Virus record (IMG/VR): IMGVR_UViG_2657244943_000004
Direction: 5' to 3' (one strand)
Length of the DNA: 19,187 bases
From: a virus
Taxonomy: Duplodnaviria; Heunggongvirae; Uroviricota; Caudoviricetes
In this document: positions 16,877 through 19,187 of the stretch, piece after piece
Layout: each line of letters begins with the position of its first letter
How positions within the stretch are numbered: position 1 is the first letter of the stretch
The notes under the pieces: generated by a model
What the model saw: only the letters and a program-made list of their open reading frames with translations
Databases searched by the model: none
What the model was told of the DNA's origin: nothing
Translations under genes and position numbers: made by a program

Positions 16877-17371
16877 TCTGGCGTTCTAAAAGTCAATCAC
16901 TCCAGCTCACCAGCGCGGTTAATCTCTAAAACCGATTTAGTTTTCGGCATAGTGCCCTTCGTCGTCTCTTTCTGCGTACATCAAACAACATCTACGGCCC
17001 ATAGCGGATCACCATCAGCATGCAGCCACTGACTGGTTAAAGTCTCCTTTTCGTTTATCTTAGCAAGCTGGTACTGCGTGTGGATCCCGCCCATTTCTGC
17101 ATACTGTCGAAAATCGATGAGATGGCCAGTCGTGTTTGTTATTGGTCTATTTTTGAAAACAACTATCAATGCTATTGGTCTGTTCTTCGTTAATTAATAT
17201 GCAATCCTTTCATGACACAGGGCTACTGTTACAGCCCTGACAACCTTAGACTTCAATCGATTCAGAGATCTCTAACGCATCATCGCCCCGTTGAACTCAC
17301 AGCGATAAGTAGACGCTGGCGGCAATAACACAGAAGTATAGCGGGAATTTGAACCACATAATTTATGTTTG

Positions 17372-17824
17372 TTAGATGGCTTTGCTTCGATATTCAATTT
17401 CTAAAATCGCCTTTGTCATTGCCGCAATAGTTATAGCTTCTACCATAGTTAATTCAGGCCTGTTCAAGCTTCCGTGTCCAGCAGTAGGTAGTTTGTTGCG
17501 TAAATCATAAATATCTTTAACAACATCAATAAGATTCTTAGGTAATTTTGACATTTTTTCGAACTGTTTAAAAAAACCACCCAATGACTCATTTGCCACA
17601 TTCGGGTTTTGAGTGATTTCCTTCGCCATAGTTTCTAGAATATTAGAGGCTGCGTGCAGTGCACCCGCCGGGTCATTATTATCCAAGCAATTATTCATTC
17701 TATCTATTTGCTGAATGATATTTGGATGCAATCTCTTTAAGTAATCACTAGCCAATTCTTCATTGAAGTTTTTGACACTTTCAAAAACATCGCAATCTAA
17801 ATAAAATTTAGGATTGACTGACAT
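17372..17824 (-). CDS. Hypothetical protein (150 aa), AT-rich accessory gene
   Basis: Clean ORF in strongly AT-rich DNA; helical-looking, no recognised motif. Downstream partner of 17894..18238. Confidence 0.5.
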   Translation of the reverse strand: MSVNPKFYLDCDVFESVKNFNEELASDYLKRLHPNIIQQIDRMNNCLDNNDPAGALHAASNILETMAKEITQNPNVANESLGGFFKQFEKMSKLPKNLIDVVKDIYDLRNKLPTAGHGSLNRPELTMVEAITIAAMTKAILEIEYRSKAI

Positions 17825-17893
17825 CCATGTATATTTCCAATCATTTTCTAAATTATCTTTTTCCGCACTACGCCTGCCAGTATCCTGATCTAT

Positions 17894-18238
17894 CTAATCA
17901 ACATATTTACACATATAATCGGCGTAATAGTGTAAATATCTAAATGATATTTCTGGGCAAAAATTACTAACTGATGCAAGGCCGCCATATTCTTTTGTAG
18001 TAACTGTTGGGACTTCTTCATCACATAAATATGAGAAACTAGTTCTTTCCCAAAATTCGCCCAACTCTTTTTCTTTCCTAGTTGCCATACCAGCTATCAT
18101 ATTGATGCTTGAGAGCAAAACTACACTCTGATAGTACTGAGGACATCTGTATGAACTAGCATATGGGCATTTTGATGATGCTTTACGATTAATACGCTCT
18201 TTTTCCCACCAATTTTTATCAGGAATAATTCTTTGCAT
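17894..18238 (-). CDS. Hypothetical Cys-rich protein (114 aa), AT-rich accessory gene
   Basis: Contains CPYASSYRCPQYY and several further Cys (possible metal-binding); weak RBS. Preceded by a 460-bp AT-rich region with repeats. Confidence 0.45.
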   Translation of the reverse strand: MQRIIPDKNWWEKERINRKASSKCPYASSYRCPQYYQSVVLLSSINMIAGMATRKEKELGEFWERTSFSYLCDEEVPTVTTKEYGGLASVSNFCPEISFRYLHYYADYMCKYVD

Positions 18239-18702
18239 AATTTATGCTACTATCTCACGAGTGAATGAATGTTTAGCCTTCTGCACAGTTTATCAGTTCC
18301 GGCATACCTACTGCTACCCCACTGATTCAACTTTAAGTTATGGATTAAAGCGATTCGGTTTCGCTAGATGACACACTAGTGTTAACTTATGGATAAAAAT
18401 TTATCACTTAAAATTAACTAATGACTGTAGCGACCAAAAGTGTGCCAGAATGTTATTTTCGTCTGGCCTATTATCAATCTAATTACCCAAATTAAAGTTA
18501 CTCTCCTTCATCAGCAAAAAATAAATACGCCTGTTCACTTTCTCAAAGTGTTCCTGTGTTATTTTTAAAGTTAACAACGCCGTCTATTCGTCCAAATGTA
18601 CAACAAACATCAGACTCTGGCACAACGCTGACAATGAGAATAGTTCTAGCCCTGTGCCACAGAAATGTCAATTCACATATGTATTAATGCTCTTTAATCT
18701 CG

Positions 18703-19125
18703 TCACTTCAATAAATAGCGAACATTTCCCTGATAAAATGCCAACACTCGCTGCATTACTTCACTTTCCAGACACTCGCGACAAACCATGTTATGGCGAC
18801 TATCGTAGCGACGAATTTCTCCGTCAGGTAATGACCAGATAAGGTCCGGATCAACCATAGACGGTTTCTTCCCCTTTGCCCTCGATAGTTTTTTGCGGGC
18901 GTTTTGCCAGTCCTTACGAGCCTGTTCTGACGGGAATAACCCATAGCCAGAGTTGTATACATCGCCACTGGCAACCAGCTCCTTGGCAAGAACGCTAATC
19001 AGATATCTTGTCGCACCTGTTTTAGCTTCCAGCTGTCGTAACGTCTCGCGCCCACTCTGGCGTACGAGTGCAACAACCTGTCCCTTAATTTTTTCCCGCT
19101 CTTCTTGTGTGTAAGCGTGCAGCAA
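18703..19125 (-). CDS. Hypothetical protein, possibly DNA-binding (140 aa)
   Basis: Phage-like GC content; HTH-like segment (TGATRYLISVLAKELVASGD) and basic stretch (ARKDWQNARKKLSRAKGKK). No family recognised. Confidence 0.45.
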   Translation of the reverse strand: MLHAYTQEEREKIKGQVVALVRQSGRETLRQLEAKTGATRYLISVLAKELVASGDVYNSGYGLFPSEQARKDWQNARKKLSRAKGKKPSMVDPDLIWSLPDGEIRRYDSRHNMVCRECLESEVMQRVLAFYQGNVRYLLK

Positions 19126-19187
19126 GAACCGTATTGACGGGGATGTGTTATTCAGTCGGCAGTGCTACGCGCCAGGGGAGCAGTTCG

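Larger units (their letters stand above)
1..19187 (-). mobile_element. Segment of a lambda-like prophage (late operon on minus strand; cos internal at about 3530)
   Basis: Gene order B-W-A-Nu1-cos, bor, lysis cassette, Q, rusA and nin-region-like genes, all arranged as in lambdoid phages but inverted. Integrase and attachment sites are not in the window, so boundaries are unknown. Confidence 0.9.

Noticed and set aside
1-19187. tRNA genes, CRISPR arrays, IS elements or integrase
   Set aside because: No T-loop-like GGTTCGAATCC motif in a tRNA context (the only gttcgaa match is inside the terminase gene); no spaced direct-repeat array; no transposase- or integrase-like ORF in the window.

Overview
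This window is a reverse-oriented segment of a lambda-like (lambdoid) enterobacterial prophage, read from sequence alone with no database searches. All protein identifications rest on remembered similarity and motifs and need confirmation. The phage late operon runs on the minus strand. From left to right: the start of the head-packaging module (portal B N-terminus, W, terminase large subunit A, terminase small subunit Nu1, all minus strand); a lambda-like cos site near 3515-3545 whose cohesive-end core closely matches lambda cosN; the far right end of the phage map (YbcV-like DUF1398 protein and Bor lipoprotein on the plus strand); a non-lambda lysis cassette (putative holin, a small two-TM protein, a GH108-type endolysin, no recognisable Rz/Rz1 spanin); a cluster of accessory genes (TerB-like protein, 92-aa unknown, beta-class DNA methyltransferase, small winged-helix-like protein, AT-rich multi-pass membrane protein); a candidate late promoter and tR'-like terminator directly downstream of a putative antiterminator Q; then RusA, a DUF968 protein, and a hok-family toxin gene whose expected stop codon is a sense codon. 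To the right of hok are two accessory cassettes of unknown function: a plus-strand operon encoding a zeta-toxin-like P-loop kinase followed by a 210-aa partner, and an AT-rich minus-strand pair of small proteins with a repeat-bearing upstream region. I consider the kinase operon the best candidate for an undescribed toxin/defence-type module, followed by the AT-rich pair and the membrane protein next to tR'. No tRNA, rRNA, CRISPR array or IS element was found.
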